From positions 1 to 59,997 of the forward strand of contig JBHLMG010000015.1 in NCBI GenBank assembly GCA_048938385.1: a stretch of 59,997 nt of DNA, written 5' to 3'. Under the pieces are notes generated by a model, which saw nothing but the letters and a program-made list of their open reading frames with translations, searched no databases and was not told the DNA's origin. Positions 37,357-47,421 of the stretch are shown one piece after another. Origin of the DNA: Promethearchaeota archaeon. GTDB taxonomy: Archaea; Asgardarchaeota; Hermodarchaeia; Hermodarchaeales; Hermodarchaeaceae. Every line of letters starts with the position of its first letter. Within the stretch, counting starts at the first letter, position 1. Made by a program: the position numbers and the translations under genes.

Positions 37357-38021
37357 TTGGTTGACCTGAAGTGTTGAAACCCTAACCGGTATGCATTCAG
37401 GTTCAACTTGCGAACCTTATCATTCGTAAATTGCTCAGCAATTGCTGTTTCAAAGGCGGCGGGATTAATAGGAGTCAATTGTAGACTGGCAAGAGCGCCA
37501 AGCATTACTGTGTTGGCTGTGCGAATTTCCCCTGCTTGTTGCGCTAGTTGAAGCGCATCAACAGTATGTAATCGTGCCACTAACTGAGTAAGGCGTTGAC
37601 ATATTGCTGAAAATGTAGGTAACTGGGTCTGGTCGGCTAAAACCTTGACAGGTGGTTGTAAATACTCATTTAGAAGAACAACGCTACGGGGATTCAAATA
37701 TGGTGCAGCCCGTAGGGCTTCAAGGGGTTCCAAGCCAATGAGCAAATCCACTTGATTATGAGGAACGAGCGGACCCATCAGCAAAGGGTGTTGTTTAACA
37801 GTTGTCCGTGCTTTAAGGGAACTTAATCGGATGTGTGAAAGCACCGTACCACCTCGACGAGAAGCTCCAAAAGTTTCCCCAATACTAACCCATATACCTT
37901 GATTCATTGCTGCAGTTGCGATAATACGAGCGGTGAGAAGAATTCCTTGCCCACCCACTCCTGCCACAATAAGATTCAGGGGACGATTCTCAAGAGATTC
38001 GTCCTTTAGTGAGGTATTCAT
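37353..38021 (-). CDS. iorB: Indolepyruvate:ferredoxin oxidoreductase beta subunit
   Basis: AGVGGQGILL, ETFGASRRGGTVLSHIR, LEPLEALR, NTVMLGAL. Confidence 0.92.
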   Translation of the reverse strand: MNTSLKDESLENRPLNLIVAGVGGQGILLTARIIATAAMNQGIWVSIGETFGASRRGGTVLSHIRLSSLKARTTVKQHPLLMGPLVPHNQVDLLIGLEPLEALRAAPYLNPRSVVLLNEYLQPPVKVLADQTQLPTFSAICQRLTQLVARLHTVDALQLAQQAGEIRTANTVMLGALASLQLTPINPAAFETAIAEQFTNDKVRKLNLNAYRLGFQHFRSTN

Positions 38022-39952
38022 CCAGGCTTCACCTCCTGATCAGGTGAGGTTGAGGGGTGGATGGCTCCATGAGGACAGATTTGTAGGCAAACATTACAGC
38101 CTACGCACAGAACTGGATCCACTTTTACCATGTCGAGCTTCGCATTCCAAATGAGTGCTGGGCAATTGAGATCTGTTACACAAATTTGGCATTTACTTCC
38201 TTGACACTTCTCAGACGCGATATCGACAGATGGAACATCATGCACCATAGTCGGGCTCCTAATTGATAAGGGACACGGACGGCGAAAGATAATGGCATGA
38301 CTTCCGGGGGATGTAATCGCCTTGTAGACGCGATCTGTTGCTGTCTTAATTTCGAAGGGATCGATGATACTGACATTAGTGAAACCAATGCTGTGAAGTA
38401 GCTCTTCGATGTGGATGACAGGACGAGATATGCCAAGAGCATCATGATCCGAGCCTGGATGTGGTTGGAAGCTCGTCATGGCTGTAGTTTGGTTATCAAG
38501 GATGCAGATCGTTGCATTGGCTTGGTGGTGGGTAATATTCACCAGAGCAGGGATTCCTGCATGAAAGAGGGTTGAATCACCAATCACGGCAATTACAGGT
38601 TCCTCTAGCCCGTGCTTGTCTAAGCGCCCAAACCCACTAGCGAGTCCAACACTCGTTCCCATTGCGTGTTGGTTACGCATCAGATCATGATAGAAAGCGC
38701 CAAGGGAGTAACAACCGATATCACCAGTAACAAACCCCTGATTTTGGTTTCGTTTAATAGCTCGATGTATGGCTAAGTAAGAAGCACGATGAGGACAGCC
38801 GGGGCAGAATGTTAGGGTTCTTGGGGGGAGATCTTGAGTGAATTCAGTGATGGTGTTGTGGTATGTTTCGGGAACTGGTTCATATGCAAGCCCTAAGAGG
38901 TTAGTAATTGCCTGTAAAGCGATGTCGATAGTGAGTTCACCCACACGAGGAATATGTCCCGTGAGTTTTCCATATATGCTGGAGTGCTGATCAGCTAAAA
39001 GGGGATACATGTCGGTTCGAATTTGTGATTCTAAAAAGGGATCAAGTTCTTCTATGACCAGCACTTTGGGAGAAATTCGGAGGGAATTACGAATGAAATC
39101 TATTGGTAGCGGTGAGATCGTCGCTATTCGGAGGATTCCTACACGGTCAGAGATCTCAAGTAATTGAAGTGCTTCATTGGCAATTAGCCAACCAGTACCT
39201 GTTGTGAGAATAATCAATTCGGGTTTTTCAGGGCCAGAGTAACGATTCCATGGTGAGACTTCAAATCGGGCGCGAATGAGTTTAAGACGATCTAAAAGTT
39301 TTTCGTGATGATGAGTCGGAAAGGGAATATTGAGCAGTGGTTGGTCATGGTTGAAAGTAGCCCGCCGAGCTTCGCGGAGTATTGGACCCAATTGAAAAGG
39401 TTGTTGGCTATGGGCTAATCGAGTGGTGATTCGAATCATGAAAGGAATACCGAAGCGTTCCGCTAGGTCAAGAGCGTAGGGAACCATGTCTTTAGCTTCT
39501 TGATGCGTGGAAGGTTCAATGACAGGAATACTAGCGTAATGTCCTAGTGAACGAGTGTCGGCTTCAGTCGTTGAACTATGAGCCTGGGGGTCATCAGCGA
39601 CAATCACGATCAAACTACCAGTACCGTGTCCAGTATAGGCTACATTTACTAGGGAATCGAGCAAAACAAAAAGGCCATTTTGTTTCATGGAAGTAACAGC
39701 CCTTAATCCGCTCCAAGCCGCAGCCAGTGCAACCTCAAACGCGACTTTTTCATTTGTACTCCATTCAACTAGTATGTTCCAATCTTGAGCGATATCAGCT
39801 AGATTTTGGAGGATTTCAGACGCTGGTGTCCCCGGATAAGAAGTAGCGACTTGGATATTGCCTTCCAGGGCACCACGTGCAACAGCCGCATTGCCCATTC
39901 CTAGAATCCAAGTATTCTTCTTTCCTGTCATGACTAGATTACGAGTCAGCAA
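38018..39952 (-). CDS. iorA: Indolepyruvate:ferredoxin oxidoreductase alpha subunit
   Basis: YPGTPASEI, EWSTNEKVAFE, FCPGCPHR, GDIGCY, IGDSTLFH, C-terminal ferredoxin CVGCNVCLQICP. Confidence 0.95.
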   Translation of the reverse strand: MLTRNLVMTGKKNTWILGMGNAAVARGALEGNIQVATSYPGTPASEILQNLADIAQDWNILVEWSTNEKVAFEVALAAAWSGLRAVTSMKQNGLFVLLDSLVNVAYTGHGTGSLIVIVADDPQAHSSTTEADTRSLGHYASIPVIEPSTHQEAKDMVPYALDLAERFGIPFMIRITTRLAHSQQPFQLGPILREARRATFNHDQPLLNIPFPTHHHEKLLDRLKLIRARFEVSPWNRYSGPEKPELIILTTGTGWLIANEALQLLEISDRVGILRIATISPLPIDFIRNSLRISPKVLVIEELDPFLESQIRTDMYPLLADQHSSIYGKLTGHIPRVGELTIDIALQAITNLLGLAYEPVPETYHNTITEFTQDLPPRTLTFCPGCPHRASYLAIHRAIKRNQNQGFVTGDIGCYSLGAFYHDLMRNQHAMGTSVGLASGFGRLDKHGLEEPVIAVIGDSTLFHAGIPALVNITHHQANATICILDNQTTAMTSFQPHPGSDHDALGISRPVIHIEELLHSIGFTNVSIIDPFEIKTATDRVYKAITSPGSHAIIFRRPCPLSIRSPTMVHDVPSVDIASEKCQGSKCQICVTDLNCPALIWNAKLDMVKVDPVLCVGCNVCLQICPHGAIHPSTSPDQEVKPG

Positions 39953-40108
39953 TGAGACGCTCCTAGAGAGGGTAACTGCTCTCTCAATCTACAACTGAGA
40001 AGCTTTTTATCATGACGGTTCAACGGCTGCGGAGTTTTTACGCATCGTCCACGAACCTTATAATCCTGCAGTGCTAGTTTGAAAGAGCTACTATGCTGGG
40101 GATTCCTC

Positions 40109-41101
40109 ATGGCTGACACGATTGATGAAGTAATTTCAAAAAGATTGGAAGTTTTATCTCGATCAATTTTTCCGCTCAACTATGTGTTCTCAAAGACATA
40201 CGAATTTGCAGTAAACCACCGAGACTGTGCCATCGCTATTGCCACAACCGCAGGAGTTCAAGTGTGCTTTACTCAGCCTGTGGCCATACATCCCAAGCTC
40301 CTAGACCGCGAAGGACCCTTTGTTTATCAGGATCGGTTATATTATGTTAAAGCTTTGAAAATCCTGGATAGCTTTCTTGTGATAACCAATGATCAACTCA
40401 CCCTTCCTCACGGAAAGGATCCCAAAGAGAGTGTGACATTATTCGTAAAAGCGACCAAACCCTATGTCGAAGCCGTGGATGAAATTATCCGAAAGCGGTT
40501 TGCCACAATTGTTATTAAAATCTCAACTCGCTCTGAACCTATAGTTCTCCACCGCCAATCAGTAAAAGGGCGACAAATCTTAACTGTATCAGAACTTTTG
40601 TCAGAGATGAATGTTCCCCTAGAAGTCCGGAACGCGATTCGCAATGTCTTGTTCCGACGCAAACCCGCTAGCCACATACAAGGTTCGGCTTCTCCCCGGA
40701 TAGAGGACCTCACGGTGAGTGCCTCCTTTTTCACTCTCGAAGATGGACGTATAATTCTCCCAGGGGAAGGTAGTATTCAAGCCCAGGAGTATATTGAGCT
40801 AGGAAAGGTTCCTTACCATTTTGAAAATTTGGAGGGACCAGTACCCACTCGTCAAATAATTACCAGCTTCCTTCAATTGGAAAACCAGACTGTAGCACAA
40901 CTCCTTGAGGCTTATAGTGAACTCGCTTTTCTTCCCTTTTTCTTCGATCTCTACACCGAGCAAGGTGGTCCTCCTATCCGAAATGTTGCCATTCTTGGCG
41001 GGAAACTCATAATTGGTCGTACTCCTGATTCGGATCGAAAAAAGGGAGTGTTCGAAATCTTTCTAGCCAAGTCTGGTGTGGAGAAACTCTTATCGAAATA
41101 A
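40109..41101 (+). CDS. Hypothetical soluble protein (~330 aa)
   Basis: Long ORF with globular alpha/beta composition; no family recognised. Confidence 0.7.
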   Translation: MADTIDEVISKRLEVLSRSIFPLNYVFSKTYEFAVNHRDCAIAIATTAGVQVCFTQPVAIHPKLLDREGPFVYQDRLYYVKALKILDSFLVITNDQLTLPHGKDPKESVTLFVKATKPYVEAVDEIIRKRFATIVIKISTRSEPIVLHRQSVKGRQILTVSELLSEMNVPLEVRNAIRNVLFRRKPASHIQGSASPRIEDLTVSASFFTLEDGRIILPGEGSIQAQEYIELGKVPYHFENLEGPVPTRQIITSFLQLENQTVAQLLEAYSELAFLPFFFDLYTEQGGPPIRNVAILGGKLIIGRTPDSDRKKGVFEIFLAKSGVEKLLSK

Positions 41102-41174
41102 GCGTTAACATTAGAGGCAAACACCAGCAGACTTTTGGGTTTATCGACCACTTCAGCTTTAAGAGGCGAAGAGC

Positions 41175-42623
41175 ATGGTCATTACCTGGAAAACCAAAGC
41201 GCTGCAAGCCATTTTCGAACCCAAAACGATAGCCATCATTGGTGCATCGGATAAACCACGAAAACTAGGAAGTCTCACCCTTAGAGCCTTGCAGGCCTCA
41301 CAGTTTCCTGGGACCATTTACCTAGTGCATCCGACCTTGAAGAAACTCAAAGACGAACCAGTTTATTCACGAGTACAAGATATTCCAGATGACATAGACC
41401 TCGCACTGATCGCTGTGCAAAACCCACATGTTCCACAAGTGCTAACTGATTGCGCTGAGAAAGCAATTCATGGTGCTGTTATCTTCTCAGCGGGATTCAA
41501 AGAATTAGGTCTACAAGGAAAAGCCCTGGAAGATGAAATCGCAAGGATAGCAAATGACGCACACATCGGTATTGTGGGACCGAATTGCCTGGGAGTGGGG
41601 AATATTCCGCGGCACTTGAACGCTACATTCTTTCCTTATCCCACGCCAATTAGTCCCGGGAAGGTATCATTGGTTAGTCAAAGTGGTGGCGTCGCTGGAT
41701 TGATGCTTTATGCAGCAGTAGACACCCAACTTGGAATTGCGAAATTTGCTAGCATAGGAAACCGCGTCAATCTAGATTTCGCTGATTTCTTACAATACTT
41801 CAAAGATGACCCAGACACTGAAGTCATATGTTTATTCATTGAAGGAACAGAGGACGCCAGACGACTCATTGACACCGCTCACCAAGTTACAGTTGCAAAA
41901 CCTATTCTTGCCTATAAGGTAGGAAAAACGCCTGTAGCGCAACGAGCAACCATTTCACACACAGGCTCACTTGCTGGACGAGGAGAATTGTATAGTTCCG
42001 CCTTTCGTCAAGCCGGTATCCAAGAAGTTACAGGAGTATCCGAGCTCATCGATACTGCCAAAGCAATATCCATCCTTCCATATTTACCCCACGGAAAAAG
42101 AGTCGCTTGTGTTACTCACACTCTTGGTCCAACCATCATTGCAGCTGAAATTCTTGAAAGCCACGGTATTGAACTTCCTCAACCCAAGCCTGAAACGGTT
42201 CGGGGTATACAACAGGTAATGGGGTTACCAATTGATCTGCCTATCGACAACCCAATTGATCTCCTAGCCTTAGGCTGGGCCCGTCCCGAAATCTTTGCTA
42301 AGGCCCTTCGATTAACGGCCCTCAGTGATCAATACGATGCGTTTCTTACGATTTTTTCTCCGAATTTTCAAGAAGACATCGGGGGAGGTACACCAACTGA
42401 GGGCTTACTTGAAGTTATGCAAGAGGTAAAGAAACCAATTATTTCAGTCCTGAATTCCCCAACAAGTCATCCACCCCCAGAAAAGGCCATTCTCGAGGCT
42501 AGTGGAATACCAGTTTTTGCTTCACCTGAGCGGGGAGCCAAAGCGTTAGCAAATATTATTAGTTACTCTCTTACTGCCAAAAGAGTCTTACAAAAACAGT
42601 ACCCCACAGGTATCAGTGGATGA
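41175..42623 (+). CDS. acdA: Acyl-CoA synthetase (ADP-forming) alpha subunit
   Basis: IAIIGASD, SAGFKE, GPNCLG, SQSGG, SHTGSLAG phospho-His motif, NPIDL. Confidence 0.88.
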   Translation: MVITWKTKALQAIFEPKTIAIIGASDKPRKLGSLTLRALQASQFPGTIYLVHPTLKKLKDEPVYSRVQDIPDDIDLALIAVQNPHVPQVLTDCAEKAIHGAVIFSAGFKELGLQGKALEDEIARIANDAHIGIVGPNCLGVGNIPRHLNATFFPYPTPISPGKVSLVSQSGGVAGLMLYAAVDTQLGIAKFASIGNRVNLDFADFLQYFKDDPDTEVICLFIEGTEDARRLIDTAHQVTVAKPILAYKVGKTPVAQRATISHTGSLAGRGELYSSAFRQAGIQEVTGVSELIDTAKAISILPYLPHGKRVACVTHTLGPTIIAAEILESHGIELPQPKPETVRGIQQVMGLPIDLPIDNPIDLLALGWARPEIFAKALRLTALSDQYDAFLTIFSPNFQEDIGGGTPTEGLLEVMQEVKKPIISVLNSPTSHPPPEKAILEASGIPVFASPERGAKALANIISYSLTAKRVLQKQYPTGISG

Positions 42624-42849
42624 GTTAGGCTATACTCGTTTGAAGCAAGCCCAGTGTCAAAAAAGTAGTAGATATCTGATTTGTCTCCATTTCAATGACA
42701 CTATCCAATTCCTCAAACCTCTGTAATTGGATTATCCTAGAAATCTCAGGAGCAAAACCCTTTTGTCAGTTCCCACCTTTGAGATTTTAAGTCTTCAGAC
42801 CTGTTTATTATAGATGAATTGACCAATTGATTAGTTGAAGGTAATAGTG

Positions 42850-43596
42850 ATGACAGGAATTCCAGCTCTTATTGGCTCTCTTAAGAAAAATGCATCCGTT
42901 CTAGAAGAACTAGCTGCTAGTACCCAAAAGGAGTTAGCCATCATCTTCAGCGAAACTGAACAGCTTCTCCAATTAGCTGCACAAATTCAGGAGAAGTGGG
43001 AAAATCAGCAAGCCACAGGTGAAGAATTAAACCATGAAGCAGCTGCGTTAGAAGGCGAACTGGCTGCAGAGAGCCGTGAAAAAACAAAATTAGAATCCAC
43101 TGACACCATTCAATCCCAGGCGTTGATGGACGCAAAGGCTGAATTAGCAAGACTCCAAGAAGAAGTAACAGTTGAAAAAAAGCGCCTTGAAGGCCTCGAA
43201 GATGAGATTCGATCTCTTGATCGGGTATTACGTCAGAAGGATGTGGAACTTGGGGAATGTGATGCGAAGCTCAAAGTTGTTGACGAAAGAAACGCAGACA
43301 AGATTAAGGAACTCCAAGCTGAAGCTACAGCGGCAAGCGAAAAAGCTGGACTCCTTGAGGCAAAGTATAAGGCTCTTCGCTATCTGTTGCAGGAAAAAAT
43401 TATCACTATGCCCGAAGCCAAGGTTGCAGCTGAACTCAAAGATAGAGAAACGACCACGATTGATCATCTCTCTAAAACCACATTTATCGGGCTAATCAAG
43501 GTGAAAGAAATTCTTGAGCAGTTAGCCACTCGTGGAATTGTGCAGTTGGATACGAGATCAGGTGAGGTGAAAATCCTTAAGCCGATTGACCTCTAG
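42850..43596 (+). CDS. Long coiled-coil protein with C-terminal winged-helix domain (paralog A)
   Basis: ~170 aa of E/K/Q/L heptads, then TIDHLSKTT...VKEILEQLATRGIVQLD..SGEVKI. Confidence 0.75.
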   Translation: MTGIPALIGSLKKNASVLEELAASTQKELAIIFSETEQLLQLAAQIQEKWENQQATGEELNHEAAALEGELAAESREKTKLESTDTIQSQALMDAKAELARLQEEVTVEKKRLEGLEDEIRSLDRVLRQKDVELGECDAKLKVVDERNADKIKELQAEATAASEKAGLLEAKYKALRYLLQEKIITMPEAKVAAELKDRETTTIDHLSKTTFIGLIKVKEILEQLATRGIVQLDTRSGEVKILKPIDL

Positions 43597-43611
43597 CGGA
43601 GTGGAAGCGTA

Positions 43612-44346
43612 ATGTCTGAAATGAAACAACTTCAACAAATCATGGAGCAAAACCAAGCCCGCATGAAAGCCTTGCGTGAATCCTTTCGCAGTCAGATGTC
43701 TGCGTTAGCCAATGAAATAGCTAGTGCCCTTCAGACTTTGAGTAAAATTGAGCGCGAATTTCAGGATTCAGATATACGAATACAAGAATATCGTGAAAGA
43801 ATCAGTCATAATCAAGACCAACTGACAGAATTGCGGGAAGCAGGTAGAGCCATTGAGGCAAAGATTGCTAATACCTACAGTGATTTGAGTGAGCAACAAC
43901 AGCAAATCAGCAGCTTGAACGCTGCATTAATGGAAACTAAAGGAAAACTAGAAACCCTAGAAACCCAGCGCACTCAACGACAAGCCCAACGAGACGGAAA
44001 ACAGACTCAATTAGATGAATTACAACAAGAACTTGGGCGTCGAGAAGCAGAGAAGAAAGAAGAATTAGCCTCCTTTGAAGCTACCTTAACAAAAGCGCAT
44101 GAACAAACAACTCGAATCCAGGCGAGTAACCCAGTGGCTGATTATCTTCTGACAGAAGGCATAGAACCCCCAGAACTCGATATACTTGCGATTCTCATCC
44201 ATCAAAAGGAAGTTCCAGTTTCTGAGATAAAGCGATTCGCGAAAACTCCCCCAGCTATTACTACTAGGGTTCTGAAAGAAATGGAAGCTAAAGGAATCCT
44301 CGAATTGACAAGCTCCGATATGGCGCGCTTAAAAGTAATGCTTTAG
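43612..44346 (+). CDS. Long coiled-coil protein with C-terminal winged-helix domain (paralog B)
   Basis: ~170 aa of heptads, then VPVSEIKR...TTRVLKEMEAKGILEL. Confidence 0.75.
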   Translation: MSEMKQLQQIMEQNQARMKALRESFRSQMSALANEIASALQTLSKIEREFQDSDIRIQEYRERISHNQDQLTELREAGRAIEAKIANTYSDLSEQQQQISSLNAALMETKGKLETLETQRTQRQAQRDGKQTQLDELQQELGRREAEKKEELASFEATLTKAHEQTTRIQASNPVADYLLTEGIEPPELDILAILIHQKEVPVSEIKRFAKTPPAITTRVLKEMEAKGILELTSSDMARLKVML

Positions 44347-44422
44347 GCTCTTACCGTTTCACTTCAAAGGGCAAATAATTTAGCCTGTAACCTCCTTCTA
44401 TTGGGGAGTGGATTGAGGAACC

Positions 44423-45379
44423 TTGCAGACTGAGTTAGAGAAAAAACCACATCAGGATAGTAAAAAGCGAAAATCCTATCCTGAAAGACAGCTTGCCCTC
44501 ATGCTTAAGGACCAGTCGCTAGAATTTCCTGAAACACATCACCAGATTGTTATTGGTGATGGGCGTCAAATGTCCGAACTCAATGACGCCTCTGTTCACT
44601 TAGTGGTAACCTCTCCACCTTATCCCATGATTGAACTTTGGGATGACCTGTTTTTGTCAGTGGGTTGTGATTCCTTTGAAGCTATGCATAAGTACCTGGC
44701 AGAGGTATGGCAAGAATGTTACCGCATCCTAGTTGAAGGAGGAATCGCCTGCATTAATATTGGTGATGCACTCCGAAAGTTGAACAGCAACTTCCAACTT
44801 TTTCCCAACCATGTTAAAGTAATTGAACATTGCGAAGCCATCGGGTTCACTAGTTTACCCTACATTCTTTGGAAAAAACCCACAAAACGCCCCAATGCTT
44901 TCCTAGGTTCTGGACTCATCCCACCTAACGCGTACATTACGCAGGATTGTGAATTCATCTTAATTTTCAGAAAAGGCCACCCTCGACCCTTTCCCCCTAA
45001 AGATCTGTACCGATACGCAAGCTATTATACGCTCGCTGAGCGAAATGCCTGGTTCACACAAATTTGGAAATTACCAGGAGCACGCCAAGAAAATTCTCAC
45101 ATCGCGCGGCGAATAGCAGCATTTCCGGAGGAAATAGCCTACCGTCTTATCCGAATGTTCTCAATCATTGGAGATACAGTAGTTGATCCCTTCCTGGGTT
45201 CTGGAACCACTATGAAGGTCGCCATGGATACGCACCGACACAGCGTAGGCTATGAAATCGACACCCAACTTTTACCAACAATCAAAGATAGGTTTGCAAT
45301 CGAAGAAGATTACTGCGAATTTCTTGATGATGCTTCGGTGAAAACCCTCACCATAACTAGGCGAAAAGATAGCTTTTAG
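44423..45379 (+). CDS. Site-specific DNA methyltransferase (N4-C/N6-A, beta class)
   Basis: VTSPPY (motif IV) precedes DPFLGSGTT (motif I); AAFPEEIA.RLI; start uncertain. Confidence 0.9.
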   Translation: MQTELEKKPHQDSKKRKSYPERQLALMLKDQSLEFPETHHQIVIGDGRQMSELNDASVHLVVTSPPYPMIELWDDLFLSVGCDSFEAMHKYLAEVWQECYRILVEGGIACINIGDALRKLNSNFQLFPNHVKVIEHCEAIGFTSLPYILWKKPTKRPNAFLGSGLIPPNAYITQDCEFILIFRKGHPRPFPPKDLYRYASYYTLAERNAWFTQIWKLPGARQENSHIARRIAAFPEEIAYRLIRMFSIIGDTVVDPFLGSGTTMKVAMDTHRHSVGYEIDTQLLPTIKDRFAIEEDYCEFLDDASVKTLTITRRKDSF

Positions 45380-45469
45380 CAAGTATGAGCTTAACACTGA
45401 ACCAAGCAGTTATTTGAGGACAACTTCATAATAGCTTCAAACCCAACTAGCGACAATAAAGGCGAGACG

Positions 45470-46387
45470 ATGATTCTAGCAATTGGTAATATTAACCTCG
45501 ACTGGATTTGCACCCTACCTCATCTACCTGCACCTGATGAAAAGGTAAACATCAAAAAACTCGATATCTTCCCAGGAGGTGCAGCCAGTAACTTCGCTGT
45601 CAGCCTTGCACGACTTGGATCCGAAGTTGCGGTTTTCGGTCACATTGGAAATGATGCAGAAGGGCTCGAAGCCTTACAAGCACTAAATAACGAACATGTC
45701 GATACTGTACGAATAATCCGTGAAAAGAACCTGGCTACAGGATTCGTCATCATCCTTATCGGAGATAAGGGTCAATCCATGAAACTCCGGTACCACGGAG
45801 CCAATGCCCGCCTCTCACCTAACGACATCACACCTGCCCTACTAGAAGATATTGAAATCGCTTATGCAGCCAGCGTTTCCATTCCTTTGGCAGAAAAACT
45901 CGCAAAAACTTGCAGCAATGCTGGGATTCGATCAGCTATCGATGTTGGAGAAGATCTCATCGCCCAATCGATCAAGGCAGTGCGTAAAATGATCTGCAGG
46001 TATTCTATTGTGTTTATGAACGAGCTAGTCTTCGAACGCATCTTCGAGGAAAAACCAACCATTGACAATGTACAATCGGAAATAAGTCAACAGCTTGAAG
46101 TGTTAAATGTGACACTGGGTGATAGAGGCTCAATCACTGCAACTAATGATACAGTATTCAGTACTTCAGCGTTCAAGGTAAAAGCAATTGATACCACGGG
46201 GGCAGGAGATGCTTTTGCTGCAGGATTCATCCACTTTTATCATAAGCAGCTATCACTCAAAGAGGCAGCAAAACGGGCAACCGCTTGTGCCGCTATACAA
46301 ATCATGCAGCTGGGTGCGCGTGACGGGCTCCCTACAACACGGGAAGTAGAAGAATTCATCAAAAGTGTAAAAAGTAACACCATGTGA
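45470..46387 (+). CDS. PfkB family carbohydrate/nucleoside kinase
   Basis: GGAASNFAVSLARLG, IDTTGAGDAFAAG. Confidence 0.92.
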   Translation: MILAIGNINLDWICTLPHLPAPDEKVNIKKLDIFPGGAASNFAVSLARLGSEVAVFGHIGNDAEGLEALQALNNEHVDTVRIIREKNLATGFVIILIGDKGQSMKLRYHGANARLSPNDITPALLEDIEIAYAASVSIPLAEKLAKTCSNAGIRSAIDVGEDLIAQSIKAVRKMICRYSIVFMNELVFERIFEEKPTIDNVQSEISQQLEVLNVTLGDRGSITATNDTVFSTSAFKVKAIDTTGAGDAFAAGFIHFYHKQLSLKEAAKRATACAAIQIMQLGARDGLPTTREVEEFIKSVKSNTM

Positions 46388-46391
46388 GAAA

Positions 46392-47321
46392 CTAATCGGT
46401 TGGTTTGTCAACCACATTATGCTCGTTTTTCTCAGGGCCTGTACGGGTAAATGGAATCACAACACTAGCGCTTGCGTTAAGGGCTATTTGAAAGGAAATC
46501 CGTCCAAGGATAGCACCAAATCGACCAGGTTTTCGAGTAGAACCTAAAATGATTAAATCAACCTTCTCTTGCTCAGCCACCTCTAATGCCCCTTCACCAA
46601 CATTCCGTGTTGCCACATGTTTTGGCGTTATTTGTAAGCCAGTTTCCTCTGTGAAAATCGCCAAGTCATCCATAAACAGTTCCCGCGCTAACTCAGCCTC
46701 AGGTGTTTCTGAAGCGGTTTCTTTTGTAACCAGAAGAAATGGGGTCAAATTTAACGCAATTATTTCTGCATCCTTCGCGGCTGAACTCTTTTTTAGGGCA
46801 GTGGCTAAGTTAAGCGCAGCGATGTCCTTGCTCACTTTCCGAATCGGAAGCAAAATTTTCTGTACCAAAGGCTTGGAGGGTTTCTTTAAATCATCCAACC
46901 AAGAGGACACAACGAGGTTTGGAGATTTACTCTTCCGGGTTACTCGACGAGCTGTAGATCCAAGTAAGTGCTTGTGTTTAGGATTTCTAGCAGCGCCCAA
47001 AATGATGAGATCAACAGCTTCATCTTGTTCTGCCTTTAGAATGGCATCCGATGCACGAATTCGAGCCACTGAAGTAAAGGAAAAAGGAATACTCAATTTT
47101 TTCGAGAGGGATTTCGCATGAGTAGTTAATCGGTCAATCATGACTTTTTTCGAGCGCGTACCTCGCTCTCGACAGTGCAGTAAGATAATATTCGCTTTAC
47201 TTGGTTCGGCGAGGGAAAAAGCCAAGTTCATTGCATGAACTTCAGCCGGAAATCCCTGAAGAGGAAGAAGAATTCGTTGTAAAGCAGGATCCTCCCAATT
47301 CTTTTCTCTCAGAAAACTCAT
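46392..47321 (-). CDS. Tandem-domain universal stress protein
   Basis: Two USP repeats (RILLP...DLIILGA...LLGSTA; KILLP...DLIILGS...ILGRIS); probable start MSFLREK. Confidence 0.85.
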   Translation of the reverse strand: MSFLREKNWEDPALQRILLPLQGFPAEVHAMNLAFSLAEPSKANIILLHCRERGTRSKKVMIDRLTTHAKSLSKKLSIPFSFTSVARIRASDAILKAEQDEAVDLIILGAARNPKHKHLLGSTARRVTRKSKSPNLVVSSWLDDLKKPSKPLVQKILLPIRKVSKDIAALNLATALKKSSAAKDAEIIALNLTPFLLVTKETASETPEAELARELFMDDLAIFTEETGLQITPKHVATRNVGEGALEVAEQEKVDLIILGSTRKPGRFGAILGRISFQIALNASASVVIPFTRTGPEKNEHNVVDKPTD

Positions 47322-47421
47322 GGTTAGACGACTCCGATTTCTATCGTCAACAAGTGAAGTTCCTAAAAAAATATGTTGGTCCAATAAAGAATTGAGACTA
47401 GAAACTAGAAGTTTAAGAATT

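Noticed and set aside
42850-44346. SMC/Rad50 or ESCRT-III (CdvB) assignment
   Set aside because: No Walker motifs or hinge; no basic-to-acidic Snf7 hairpin organisation and no Vps4 nearby
36814-45379. Nuclease plus MTase as one restriction-modification system
   Set aside because: About 7 kb apart with unrelated metabolic genes between them
46549-47121. 190-aa + strand ORF and similar antisense ORFs inside dnaK, pepF, kbl and tdh
   Set aside because: Fully antisense to confidently identified genes; shadow ORFs
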